Below, piece by piece: positions 31,591 through 40,596 of a stretch of 64,000 nucleotides of DNA (position 1 is its first letter; the number at the start of each line of letters is the position of its first letter). The notes below the pieces were generated by a model. It was not told the origin of the DNA, made no database searches, and was given only the letters and a program-made list of their open reading frames with translations. This DNA is from Faecousia sp. (GTDB lineage: Bacteria; Bacillota; Clostridia; Oscillospirales; Oscillospiraceae), in contig JAZOWK010000010.1 of the NCBI GenBank assembly GCA_045659205.1, forward strand, positions 30,405 to 94,404, written 5' to 3'. Made by a program: the position numbers and the translations under genes.

Positions 31591-33123
31591 GTGAAAGAAC
31601 TGATCGATAAAATTAAAGAGGCGCTGATATCGGCGCTGCCGATTACGGCCATCGTGTACATAATGTCCTTTACACCCTGGTTTAATTTTACCCCCACGGA
31701 GCTGGTGTCCTTCTCTGTGGGCGCGGTGCTGCTGATTTTTGGTATCGGCCTGTTTAACCTGGGCGCGGACCTGGCAATGACCCCGATGGGTACCCATGTT
31801 GGTGCCGGCCTTTCCCGGCAGCGAAAGCTGATGCTTCTGCTGGGTGTGAGCTTTGCCCTGGGTCTGCTGATCACAGTTGCTGAGCCGGACCTGCAGGTTC
31901 TTGCCAAGCAGGTTGCCGGTGTGATGGACGGAACATCCCTGATCATAACTGTTGGCGCAGGTGTGGGCTTGTTCCTTGTGGTGGCAATTTTGCGTATTGT
32001 GTTCCACAGGACGCTTTCCCAGCTGCTTTCCCTTTTCTATATGTTCCTGTTTTCTATCGCGCTGATCCTGGTAGTACAGGGGAAGGACTGGCTGCTGCCT
32101 GTGGCTTTCGATTCCGGCGGTGTTACCACCGGCCCGATTACCGTGCCTTTTATTATGGCGCTGGGTATCGGTATTTCCCACGTGTTGGGTGATCGTCGTT
32201 CCAAGGAAAACAGCTTCGGTCTGGTTGCCCTTTGCTCCATTGGCCCGATCCTGGCGGTTATGGCTTTGGGTTTGTTCTCCGGTGGAAATATGCAGCCTTA
32301 TTCTGCAAGCTATCCGCCGGTAGAGGATGTGCTGGGACAGTATCTGCATACAGGTCTTGATGTGATGAAAGAGGTTTCTATCGCTTTGGGTCTGATTGTT
32401 GTGTTCTTCCTGGTGTGCCAGTTTACTTTCCTCCACCTGTCCCGTCGGCAGCTGAAAAAGATTGCCGTCGGTGTGGTATTTACATATCTTGGCCTTGTGA
32501 TCTTCTTGACCGGTGTCAATGTTGGCTTTATGCCTGTGGGTTACCGGCTGGGTGAGGCTATGGGTGCATTGGGTAACAGTTATCCTGCCGTGCTGGTCAT
32601 TTTTGGCGTGGCAATGGGTGTGCTGGTGGTGCTGGCTGAGCCTGCTATCCATGTGCTGACCCACCAGGTAGAAGAGGTTACCGGCGGCTCTGTGTCCCGC
32701 AGATCTATGATCCTGGGCCTGTGTATCGGTGTGGGTGCGGCAATCGGCCTTTCCATGCTGCGCATCGTGCTGGATTTTTCCATTGTTTATTATGTAGTTC
32801 CCGGCTATTTTATTTCTTTGCTGCTTTCCCTGGTAGTTCCCAAGGTGTATACGGCTATCGCTTTTGACTCCGGTGGTGTTGCCAGCGGACCGATGACATC
32901 CGGTTTCATCCTGCCTTTCGCTATTGGCGCTTGTATGAGCGTGCAAGGCAGCGGAAGCATTATGCAGGATGCCTTCGGTGTGGTTGCCGTGGTTGCCATG
33001 ACCCCGCTGATCACCATTCAGCTTTTGGGCTTCCGGGCGATCATCGGTCAGCGGCTGAAGGAGCGTCGTGCTATGCAGAAGATTCTGGGCGCAGACGACC
33101 AGCAGATCATCAACTTTATGTAA
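31591..33123 (+). CDS. DUF1538 domain membrane protein (tandem domains)
   Basis: Duplicated AEP and AFDSGGV..GP motifs. Confidence 0.88.
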   Translation: MKELIDKIKEALISALPITAIVYIMSFTPWFNFTPTELVSFSVGAVLLIFGIGLFNLGADLAMTPMGTHVGAGLSRQRKLMLLLGVSFALGLLITVAEPDLQVLAKQVAGVMDGTSLIITVGAGVGLFLVVAILRIVFHRTLSQLLSLFYMFLFSIALILVVQGKDWLLPVAFDSGGVTTGPITVPFIMALGIGISHVLGDRRSKENSFGLVALCSIGPILAVMALGLFSGGNMQPYSASYPPVEDVLGQYLHTGLDVMKEVSIALGLIVVFFLVCQFTFLHLSRRQLKKIAVGVVFTYLGLVIFLTGVNVGFMPVGYRLGEAMGALGNSYPAVLVIFGVAMGVLVVLAEPAIHVLTHQVEEVTGGSVSRRSMILGLCIGVGAAIGLSMLRIVLDFSIVYYVVPGYFISLLLSLVVPKVYTAIAFDSGGVASGPMTSGFILPFAIGACMSVQGSGSIMQDAFGVVAVVAMTPLITIQLLGFRAIIGQRLKERRAMQKILGADDQQIINFM

Positions 33124-33135
33124 GGAGGCGCTTTT

Positions 33136-33498
33136 ATGGCAAAAAAAGATATTGCAATTAAAAAGCTGAAGCTCCTTATTACTGTGGTGGACCGGCAAAA
33201 GGGCGAGTTTTACCTGGATTACCTCAGCCAGTTTGAGGTGAATCTGCAAATGCTCCTGAACGGTCAAGGTACGGCTACATCTGAGATCATTAGCTTGCTG
33301 GGTCTGAACAATCAGAAGGCTGTGGTCCTGAGTGTTGTCAGGGAAGACCTGATGGATGACATTATGAACGGTCTTGAGGATAAATTCAGCACCATTAAAA
33401 ACGGTCGAGGCATTAGCTTTGCCGTTCCTTTGAGCAGTGTGATCGGTGTAAATCTGTACCGTTTTATGAGCAATAACCGGATGCAGTTGGGAGGTTAG
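33136..33498 (+). CDS. P-II-like regulator
   Basis: GQGTA..., GISFAVPL; in operon with DUF1538. Confidence 0.7.
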   Translation: MAKKDIAIKKLKLLITVVDRQKGEFYLDYLSQFEVNLQMLLNGQGTATSEIISLLGLNNQKAVVLSVVREDLMDDIMNGLEDKFSTIKNGRGISFAVPLSSVIGVNLYRFMSNNRMQLGG

Positions 33499-33500
33499 TT

Positions 33501-33842
33501 ATGAAAACAAGCAATTACGAAGTGATTTTGGCCATTGTGAACGATGGTTTTGCAGATGATGTTATGGCAGTAGCCAAGGAACAGGGTGCCCGGGGCGGTA
33601 CAATTATCAATGCCCGCGGTGTAGCCAAGGAAGATGCCGCTGTATTCTTTGGTATCAATGTTCACTCGGAAAAAGAGATCGTGATGATCGTCGTTCCCAA
33701 GGATATCAAGGATAATGTACTCAATGCTATTTACAAGGAAATGGGTATGGCAAAGAAAGCCCACGGAATTGCGTTCTCCCTGCCGGTAACTGATGTGGCC
33801 GGCCTGGTTGAAGTAGAGGAAAAACCCGCTACAGAATCATAA
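33501..33842 (+). CDS. P-II family regulator
   Basis: GARGGTIINARG, EKEIVMIV, GIAFSLPV. Confidence 0.82.
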   Translation: MKTSNYEVILAIVNDGFADDVMAVAKEQGARGGTIINARGVAKEDAAVFFGINVHSEKEIVMIVVPKDIKDNVLNAIYKEMGMAKKAHGIAFSLPVTDVAGLVEVEEKPATES

Positions 33843-33845
33843 AAA

Positions 33846-33932
33846 ATCCCGCTGTGTGCTATCACACAGCGGGATCAAATATATTGATAATTAAGACAAA
33901 AATCGGAGTGCTACTTGCACTCCGATTATGTC
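33846..33932. terminator. Two hairpins between convergent genes
   Basis: ATCCCGCTGTGTG/CACACAGCGGGAT and AATCGGAGTGC/GCACTCCGATT. Confidence 0.6.
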
Positions 33933-34667
33933 TTAATTATCCCAGTTGTGCCAGACGTTTTGCACATCGTCGTCATCTTCCATGGCATCGATGAGCTTTT
34001 CCATCTGCTTGCACTGCTCTTCGTTATCCAGCTTCTGATAGTTCTGGGGAACCATTTCGATCTGGGCAGAAACGAAGGTGTATTTCTTGGCGCTCAGGGC
34101 GTCTGCTACGGCATTAAAATCATCGGGAGTGGTGTAGATGGTGAAGCAATCTTCTTCGGCCTCAAAGTCATCAGCGCCGCAATCCATAGCGTCCATCATA
34201 ACGGTATCTTCATCATAGTCACCGTCTTCGTTATCGATAACCAAAACACCCTTCTTATCGAAGCTCCAGCTGACGCAGCCGTTAGCACCCAGGTTGCCGC
34301 CGAACTTATCAAAGTGGTGGCGCATAGAGCCTGCGGTACGGTTACGGTTGTCGGTCATGGTCTCAACGATCACAGCAACACCGCCGGGGCCGTAGCCTTC
34401 GTAGGTGATGGATTCGTAGCTGTCACCGCCGCCGGCGCCTGCAGCCTTTTCCAAACAACGCTTGATGTTGTCGTTGGGCATATTGGCGGGCTTGGCCTTG
34501 GTGATAATGGTAGCCAGGCGGGAGTTGTTGGCGGGATCGGTAATACCGCCGCCTTCCTTTACGGCTACGATCAGCTCCTTGGCGATCTTGGTAAAGGCGG
34601 CTGCACGCTTTGCGTCCTGTGCGCCCTTGGTCTTTTGAATGTTATGCCATTTGGAATGTCCGGACAT
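33933..34667 (-). CDS. YebC/PmpR family protein
   Basis: MSGHSKW, YEGYGPGG, TDNRNRT, DDDVQNVWHN. Confidence 0.95.
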   Translation of the reverse strand: MSGHSKWHNIQKTKGAQDAKRAAAFTKIAKELIVAVKEGGGITDPANNSRLATIITKAKPANMPNDNIKRCLEKAAGAGGGDSYESITYEGYGPGGVAVIVETMTDNRNRTAGSMRHHFDKFGGNLGANGCVSWSFDKKGVLVIDNEDGDYDEDTVMMDAMDCGADDFEAEEDCFTIYTTPDDFNAVADALSAKKYTFVSAQIEMVPQNYQKLDNEEQCKQMEKLIDAMEDDDDVQNVWHNWDN

Positions 34668-34739
34668 AGTAATAAGTTCCTTTCTATATGAAACAATCTA
34701 AGGTATTTTAGCAGAGAATACCTGAAAAATCAACCGATA

Positions 34740-35531
34740 TTAAAAGAAATTTACGCAATCACAGTGGCTTTTTGAAACTTCTACGGTAATTTCGGGGAAA
34801 GCAGCACGAAGCTTTTCTGCAAGAACGGCTACAATGGGATTTTCCGTGTGGAAGTGGCCCGCATCGATCAGGTTGATGCCAAGCTCCTTGGCGTCCCAAA
34901 ATTGATTGTATTTTATATCGGCTGTTACAAAGGTGTCGCAGCCGGCATCGAAAGCTGCGCGCAGCTCACTACCGCAGGATCCACCGCCAACAGCTACCTT
35001 GCAGACAGGTCGTCCGCCGTCTACAAAGCGCAGCCCTTCGCAGTTTAGTGCCTTTTTGATACTGTGAAGGAAATTATTGAGGGGTTGTTCTTCTACAGTT
35101 CCTGCCCGCAGCAAACCCCAGGGATTACCGGCAGCATCTGTGCCCTTGGGAGCTAAAACCTGTATGTTCTGTAGACCCAGACGCTGCGCCAGCACATCGT
35201 TGACACCGCCGGGGGCGCAATCTAAATTGGTATGGGCATTGATAGCGCAGATTCCGTTGCGCAGCAAATGCATAATAGATCTGCCAACGCTGCTATAGTC
35301 AGTGATGGCGTGGGGCGGAGCAAAGATCAAAGGATGGTGGGTAACCAGCAGATCCGCACCGATCTTTTCTGCCTCGTGGCATACATGCTCAAAAGGATCA
35401 AGGGCAACTAAAATTTTCGTAACAGGCTGCTGTGCGCTGCCGCACAGAAGGCCCACATTATCCCAATCCTCTTTCATATAGGGGGGCGCTACGGTGTTTA
35501 AATACTGAAGGATATCGTTAACTGTTGTCAT
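34740..35531 (-). CDS. Nif3-like dinuclear metal centre protein
   Basis: WDNVGL, THHP, HTNLD, DAGHFHTE. Confidence 0.92.
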   Translation of the reverse strand: MTTVNDILQYLNTVAPPYMKEDWDNVGLLCGSAQQPVTKILVALDPFEHVCHEAEKIGADLLVTHHPLIFAPPHAITDYSSVGRSIMHLLRNGICAINAHTNLDCAPGGVNDVLAQRLGLQNIQVLAPKGTDAAGNPWGLLRAGTVEEQPLNNFLHSIKKALNCEGLRFVDGGRPVCKVAVGGGSCGSELRAAFDAGCDTFVTADIKYNQFWDAKELGINLIDAGHFHTENPIVAVLAEKLRAAFPEITVEVSKSHCDCVNFF

Positions 35532-36219
35532 AAGATAACTCCTTGATTTGCTTAAAAGCAGGATCGTTTTCCAGTTCGTTTAATGCGGCTACCATGTGGG
35601 GGTCTGCGTCTTCTTTTCTGCCTTCAATGGCACGCTTAAGCTTACTTGTCACCTGTTTATAGTATGCAGGCAAATAAGGGCTTCCAGAGGCTGCCAGGGC
35701 AGGGGACAGCCAGCAACCACCGGGACTAAGCGGCTTGTCCGGCTGCCAGCGAACTTTCATGATCGCATAAAGAAAACGGCCGTCTTTGAGCACTGTTTCT
35801 TCTGTAATGGAAAAGCCGGTTTGAGAAAGGTATTGGCGCAAGGTCGGTGTTTTTGACTGGCATTGCAGGATCAGGGTATACTGCTCATTTCGCAGCCAGG
35901 GGGCGCTTTCTAATATGTGGATCATGGTGTCCGCACCCATACCGGCGCAGACCATATGGGTAAAATCTCTTGGGATACCCATAGCGCCGTCAGAAAGGTA
36001 AAACCGGATATTATCGCCAACACCAAAACGGCTGGCATTTACCATAGCAGACCGAAGCGGCTGCTCACCGATATCCGCTGCAATTACCTGTTTGGCAATG
36101 CCGTTTTTCAAAAGATAGATGCTTAAGTAGCCGTGGTCGCAGCCAATGTCAGCAACCACAGAATTTTTGGGGATCATACGGCAGCACTGGGCAAGCCGCG
36201 GGGAAAGGGGAATGTTCAC
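35518..36219 (-). CDS. trmK: tRNA (adenine(22)-N1)-methyltransferase
   Basis: ADIGCDHGYL, SDG, AGMG; adjacent to nif3. Confidence 0.87.
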   Translation of the reverse strand: MNIPLSPRLAQCCRMIPKNSVVADIGCDHGYLSIYLLKNGIAKQVIAADIGEQPLRSAMVNASRFGVGDNIRFYLSDGAMGIPRDFTHMVCAGMGADTMIHILESAPWLRNEQYTLILQCQSKTPTLRQYLSQTGFSITEETVLKDGRFLYAIMKVRWQPDKPLSPGGCWLSPALAASGSPYLPAYYKQVTSKLKRAIEGRKEDADPHMVAALNELENDPAFKQIKELSYDNS

Positions 36220-36280
36220 CTTTCTTCACCTCCTAAAAGAAACAGCCATCCCGGCAAAACGGGATGGCTGGCCGGTTTTG

Positions 36281-36514
36281 TTACTGTGCCTTTTCAGCTT
36301 CGCTGGCTTCGTAAGCTTCCAGGAAGTGATTCAGCTGAGCCAGGAAAGGCTCGCACTCGATGCCGTGCACCATGCAAGCTTCCTCTACGGTCTCACCCCG
36401 GGAAGAGGGGCAGCCCAGGCAGTGCATGCCAATAGCAAAGAACAGGGGAGCAGCCTGAGGGGCAACATCCAAAACATCACCGATGATGGTATTCTTTTCG
36501 ATCTTAACAGCCAT
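36281..36514 (-). CDS. DUF1858 domain protein
   Basis: GMHCLGCPSS.GETVEEACMVHG. Confidence 0.85.
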   Translation of the reverse strand: MAVKIEKNTIIGDVLDVAPQAAPLFFAIGMHCLGCPSSRGETVEEACMVHGIECEPFLAQLNHFLEAYEASEAEKAQ

Positions 36515-36613
36515 AATATAACCTCCTTATGTGTTTCTTCGCCTATTATAACCATATGTAAAGAAAAAAACAAGAGGGAAAATGATTGTGTTATGGGATT
36601 GTTGTTAAACAAA

Positions 36614-36779
36614 ATCGTTCTGATTTCACAGCCTAAGGGCTGCGCTCTCAGAACGATGGACTCTCCCACGGGCTAAAAATTGCTCATCCGCAATTTTTGC
36701 ACCAGTGTGCGCACTGGTGCCGCCCTTTCGAGTCCCTCAGCGTACCAAAAAAGAGGATGCCAATCGGCATCCTCTTTTT
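36614..36779. repeat. tRNA-3'-mirror structured element (Arg copy) including terminator
   Basis: Hairpin, GGACTC-TCCCACGGGCTA, two hairpins, CGCCCT-TTCGAGTCCCTCAGCGTACCA, terminator. Confidence 0.75.
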
Positions 36780-36856
36780 TGGTACGCTGGAAGGGACTCG
36801 AACCCCCGACCTACTGATTCGTAGTCAGTCACTCTATCCAACTGAGCTACCAGCGC
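36780..36856 (-). tRNA. tRNA-Arg(ACG)
   Basis: GCGCTGG/CCAGCGT acceptor, CTACGAA loop, GGTTCGAGTCC, CCA. Confidence 0.96.
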
Positions 36857-36884
36857 ATAAGCGCATTTCATAACGCGCTTGGAT

Positions 36885-36913
36885 ATAATAGCACAGACAT
36901 TTTCAAAATGCAA
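36885..36913 (-). promoter_or_regulatory. SigA promoter for tRNA-Arg
   Basis: TTGCAT-17 nt-TATTAT on the minus strand. Confidence 0.7.
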
Positions 36914-36946
36914 GCATTTTTTTAAGAAACTTCAAATATTTTCAAA

Positions 36947-37585
36947 TTAGCTGTCAAGAAGGGTGAAAAGCTCATCCATTGTGTGGGCAATCGCCTTAGC
37001 GCCGGCCTTTTCCATATCTTCCACCTTGCCGTAACCCCAGGAAACACCGATTGTTTCGATGCCGTGGGCTTTTGCACCGATCACATCGAAGGTGGTATCG
37101 CCAACCATCAGCGTATGGCCTGGATCGTCTACCTGACCCAGCAGATAGGCAATCACTTCTTCTTTGGTACTGATCGAGCCGTCAAAGGTAGCACCGCAGA
37201 TTCGCTCAAAGTATTTGGCAAGATCAAATTTTTCCAGAATACGCACAGAAGTGGCTTCCGGCTTAGATGTTGCTACAAACAAACGGTGGCCGTTTGCCTG
37301 CAATTTTTTAAGGACCTCTTCAATGCCGTGGTAGGGATTGTTTTCAAACAAGCCGACAGTTAAATATCTGCTGCGATAAACGGCAATGGCTTCATCGGTT
37401 TTATCTGCAGGAACGCCGAATTTCATAAAGGTCTGATCCAAAGGCGGGCCGACAAATACACGCATCGTCTGTCTGTCAGGAACAGGCAGACCAAAGTGCC
37501 GAAGCGCCAGCTCGGCGCAGTTCATAATGCCTTCGCCGGAATCAGTAAGCGTACCGTCCAGATCAAATAAGATGGCTTTTTTCAT
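36947..37585 (-). CDS. HAD family hydrolase (phosphoglycolate phosphatase-like)
   Basis: FDLDGTLTDS, ATSK, MVGD...D. Confidence 0.9.
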   Translation of the reverse strand: MKKAILFDLDGTLTDSGEGIMNCAELALRHFGLPVPDRQTMRVFVGPPLDQTFMKFGVPADKTDEAIAVYRSRYLTVGLFENNPYHGIEEVLKKLQANGHRLFVATSKPEATSVRILEKFDLAKYFERICGATFDGSISTKEEVIAYLLGQVDDPGHTLMVGDTTFDVIGAKAHGIETIGVSWGYGKVEDMEKAGAKAIAHTMDELFTLLDS

Positions 37586-37690
37586 AGTGCCTCCCGGTTC
37601 ATCATTTTGATGTTATTTTACAATATTACCTATTGGAAAGCAATAGTTAATCTTGGAAAGGTACGGGTGGCGTCAGAAATTTGCAACACA

Positions 37691-37860
37691 CACGGTTTTC
37701 GTCCACATCCTTATGGATGCGTCCGGAAAACCGTGGGATTTTCCCACGGGCTAACCAAGTGTCCACCGGACACTTGGTTACCTGGCCGATGGCCAGGTCG
37801 CCCTTTCAAATCCCTTCACGGAGCCAAAATAAGACCACACCGTTAGGTGTGGTCTTATTT
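37691..37860. repeat. tRNA-3'-mirror structured element (Ser copy) including terminator
   Basis: Hairpin, GGATTT-TCCCACGGGCTA, two hairpins, CGCCCT-TTCAAATCCCTTCACGGAGCCA, terminator. Confidence 0.75.
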
Positions 37861-37889
37861 TGGCGGAGTGAGAGGGATTTGAACCCTCG
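37861..37889 (-). other. Prophage attachment site: orphan tRNA 3' fragment (Ser-like)
   Basis: CGAGGGTTCAAATCCCTCTCACTCCGCCA is a T-arm plus acceptor 3' strand plus CCA, with no 5' half; about 40 nt from the integrase stop. Confidence 0.85.
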
Positions 37890-37926
37890 TAAAAAATCGT
37901 TAAAATACTTGTGGTGCAACAACTTT

Positions 37927-39015
37927 TTATTTGGCGTTAGCACTTTCGTTAGCATTTTGACCTTCTTTTTTCTGCTTCCTATCCTTGAAATGATCGGTAA
38001 ACTGATTGGAATACTTTTCTTTCGTCCTTTTGGAAACGTGTGTATATATCTTATCCATCGTTGCCCGGTCCTTCCATCCACCGATTTCCATAATAGCAAT
38101 CGGTGGCATATTGAGGATCTGACAGAGGGAGGCAAAGGAATGACGCAGGCCGTGGCAACCTACCTCAGGCACTCCAGCGCCCTTACAAGCGGCGTTTATT
38201 CTGGACAGCATAGTTGCTGGGTGTTGCGGTACGACCCGCCCTGTCTTATTCTCCACAGCTGACAGGGCGCGGTATAGTGGCTCGATAATAGGAACATCGC
38301 GGCGGCTGGTCTCGTTTTTGTTTTCATCCTTTTTTACCATCTTGTTGTCCTTGTTGGGAACGACGGCACCGCGAATGTGGATCCATCCATATTTAAGATC
38401 TATGTCGCCGTTGTCCCAGTTAAGGGCAGCAATCTCAGATCTGCGCAAAGAAGATATGGCCAATAAGGCAGTGAGCTCCACTGGCTTCCCTTCGATATAG
38501 TCCAAAAAGGTGTCCAGCTCTTCTTGATCCAGGAACTCAGTAGGTTCTGTTACCACCTGCGGCAGCATTGGCGAGATCCTTTCGCCGGTGGCCCACTCAA
38601 GTACCTGGCCGATAAACCCCCAACGGTTTACCACAGTCTTAGCAGAATAGTGTTTACACTCTTCATTGATGGCAGCGGCGGCTACCTTCTCGGTGATCTT
38701 ACCACAGGCCATACGCATTAGTGAAGGAAACCCATTCTTTTGGCAGCTCACGTATCCTCTGACAGTTGCGGGAGACAGCCGATGCTCATTATCCGCGATC
38801 CATAGGTCGATGGCCTCTGTAAGCGGTCTGTCTGCGTTGGCGACTTTCTTGTGCTTAATAATGCCATCCTTGATGGCCATGGCTTTTGCGATGGCTTCCC
38901 TTTCAGTCGGCTCGGTGATCGATATGCTTTCCCCATTCGGTCGGATCTGAACGAACCAGTTACCAGATGGGAGCTGCCGCGCTTTCGGGATTTTAATGCC
39001 CTTTTTCTTTGCCAT
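37927..39015 (-). CDS. Tyrosine recombinase / phage integrase
   Basis: LRRSE, K, HGLRHS, GGW..(D)KIYTH catalytic motifs. Confidence 0.93.
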   Translation of the reverse strand: MAKKKGIKIPKARQLPSGNWFVQIRPNGESISITEPTEREAIAKAMAIKDGIIKHKKVANADRPLTEAIDLWIADNEHRLSPATVRGYVSCQKNGFPSLMRMACGKITEKVAAAAINEECKHYSAKTVVNRWGFIGQVLEWATGERISPMLPQVVTEPTEFLDQEELDTFLDYIEGKPVELTALLAISSLRRSEIAALNWDNGDIDLKYGWIHIRGAVVPNKDNKMVKKDENKNETSRRDVPIIEPLYRALSAVENKTGRVVPQHPATMLSRINAACKGAGVPEVGCHGLRHSFASLCQILNMPPIAIMEIGGWKDRATMDKIYTHVSKRTKEKYSNQFTDHFKDRKQKKEGQNANESANAK

Positions 39016-39058
39016 ATCTTACTCCCTTCTGCACTTTCGCAAGCGCTTGCGATTTTGT

Positions 39059-39173
39059 TTGACAAGGAGCAGACTGCCGTGGTATCATAAATGGGCAGAA
39101 TACCCCTATCGTGATGGGTCGGGTTTGTTTCTGTGTGCCCTCACGGAGTTGCAGCTCCGTGAGGGCGTTTTTT
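39059..39173 (+). ncRNA. Candidate promoter plus ~80-nt small RNA antisense to the integrase leader
   Basis: TTGACA-18-TATCAT with TG extension; hairpin; terminator GCCCTCACGGAG/CTCCGTGAGGGC-GTTTTTT. Confidence 0.5.
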
Positions 39174-39201
39174 CTGTAAATAGGTCTATAGTACTGCCAG
39201 A

Positions 39202-39789
39202 TCATTCTGTATACCAAATTGAAAATAGCAGAAAGTTTTCAAATTTTTTGCTGTGCACAGCCCACCCGTTTATTTGCTTATAAACTTCGGTGTCTTCCTT
39301 AAAGAATAAATTATACTCTTCATAGAATGCATTCGCCTCAACCTCAGGCAGGCCCGCTGCATTATACAAATAGAGACTTAATACAGCAAAATCAAAATCA
39401 GTACGAGAAGACTCAATACCAGTTGTAATGGAGAGCGATGTTAGTTCGTTATTTTTGTCGTAACAAATAGAAATATCGTAGGATTGTGGGATCCAATATA
39501 TGCCGCTTTCTTCTAAAGATTCGTAAGCATCTTTAATAGCGGTATTAATGTATTCGAGGTGTATATATTGTTCCTCGATCTCTTCTAGCTCACCAGACGA
39601 CCTTCGGGATTCCTCAAACCCTGCTATTTTTGCCGCAGATCTAAAGCTGGTCAGAGCATCACTGTACGAAACGCCGGACCCGTTAATTGAGCTGGATGCG
39701 TTAGGTGAGCTAGGAATAACTGTTTCGATTGGCGTGCTGCAACCTGCTAATAGGCAGATACACAATACAACAGACAAAACCTTTTTCAT
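39202..39789 (-). CDS. Prophage lipoprotein in the immunity region
   Basis: MKKVLSVVLCICLLAGC lipobox; Ser/Pro linker; AT-richer than flanks. Confidence 0.75.
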   Translation of the reverse strand: MKKVLSVVLCICLLAGCSTPIETVIPSSPNASSSINGSGVSYSDALTSFRSAAKIAGFEESRRSSGELEEIEEQYIHLEYINTAIKDAYESLEESGIYWIPQSYDISICYDKNNELTSLSITTGIESSRTDFDFAVLSLYLYNAAGLPEVEANAFYEEYNLFFKEDTEVYKQINGWAVHSKKFENFLLFSIWYTE

Positions 39790-39811
39790 ATCAATCACCA
39801 TAACTGTTCTC

Positions 39812-40447
39812 TTATCTAATTGCACTGGTGAAGGCCACAGCCTTGCCCAGAATGCGGACAGCGTTCATTTCTTCACCCCGGTAGACCAGAGGATCATATA
39901 AGGGGTTTTCAGGCTCCAGGATGATCCGATCCGGATACAGACGGACGCGCTTGAGAGTGGCTTCCCCATCGATCAGTACGGCGGCGATCTCGCCATTTTC
40001 CACTGTGCTCTGCTGCCGGATGTAGACGATATCACCGTCAAAGATCCGGGCGTTGATCATACTGTCGCCTTTACAGATAAGCGCAAAATCTGCATTAGTA
40101 ATATGCTTTGGTATGTTAATGTACTCCTCGATATGCTCCTCTGCCAGAATGGGTGCGCCACAGGCGATAGATCCAATCAGGGGAATCTTCCTCATTTCCG
40201 GCATAGGGATGATATTGGTGGGGAGAGTAGAAGTATCCCACCCCATTAAAGCTGCAGGAGTGGTTTGTAATGCTTCTGCGATTGCAATTATTTTCGACTG
40301 GGTAATGTCATTAACATTGCTCTCAATTTTAGCGATCGTAGAGCGATCCTTATATCCAAGGCGTTTTGCGAGCTCCTCTTGAGATAAACCAAGCCGCTCA
40401 CGGAACATGCGAACATTCTGACCAAGGCTCATTGTTGGGGCCTCCAT
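39812..40447 (-). CDS. CI/LexA-like repressor (HTH_3 + S24 peptidase)
   Basis: GLSQEELA..IAKIES HTH; IACG cleavage site; GDSM, ATLKR; start may be 40432. Confidence 0.93.
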   Translation of the reverse strand: MEAPTMSLGQNVRMFRERLGLSQEELAKRLGYKDRSTIAKIESNVNDITQSKIIAIAEALQTTPAALMGWDTSTLPTNIIPMPEMRKIPLIGSIACGAPILAEEHIEEYINIPKHITNADFALICKGDSMINARIFDGDIVYIRQQSTVENGEIAAVLIDGEATLKRVRLYPDRIILEPENPLYDPLVYRGEEMNAVRILGKAVAFTSAIR

Positions 40448-40464
40448 TCTTTTAGGATGAATTC

Positions 40465-40571
40465 ATCTTAGCATGGCTGTGATTAAATGTCAACATTTAT
40501 TGAATTTTGCAAAAATAATAGTTGACAAATAATCACACCTGTGATATTTTGAAAATGTGATTGATAATCAC
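40465..40571. promoter_or_regulatory. Lysis/lysogeny switch: divergent promoters with operators
   Basis: Minus TTGACA-17-TAAGAT; plus TTGACA-17-TATTTT; GTGATT-N3-AATCAC-type sites at 40479, 40522, 40557. Confidence 0.78.
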
Positions 40572-40596
40572 TATTCAAAATAAGGAGGCTTTAAAG

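Noticed and set aside
36614-37860. Hairpin clusters as a CRISPR array
   Set aside because: No regularly spaced direct repeats with unique spacers, and no cas genes.
37861-37889. A functional fourth tRNA gene
   Set aside because: Only the T-arm and acceptor 3' strand are present, with no D or anticodon arm. It is interpreted as an att remnant.
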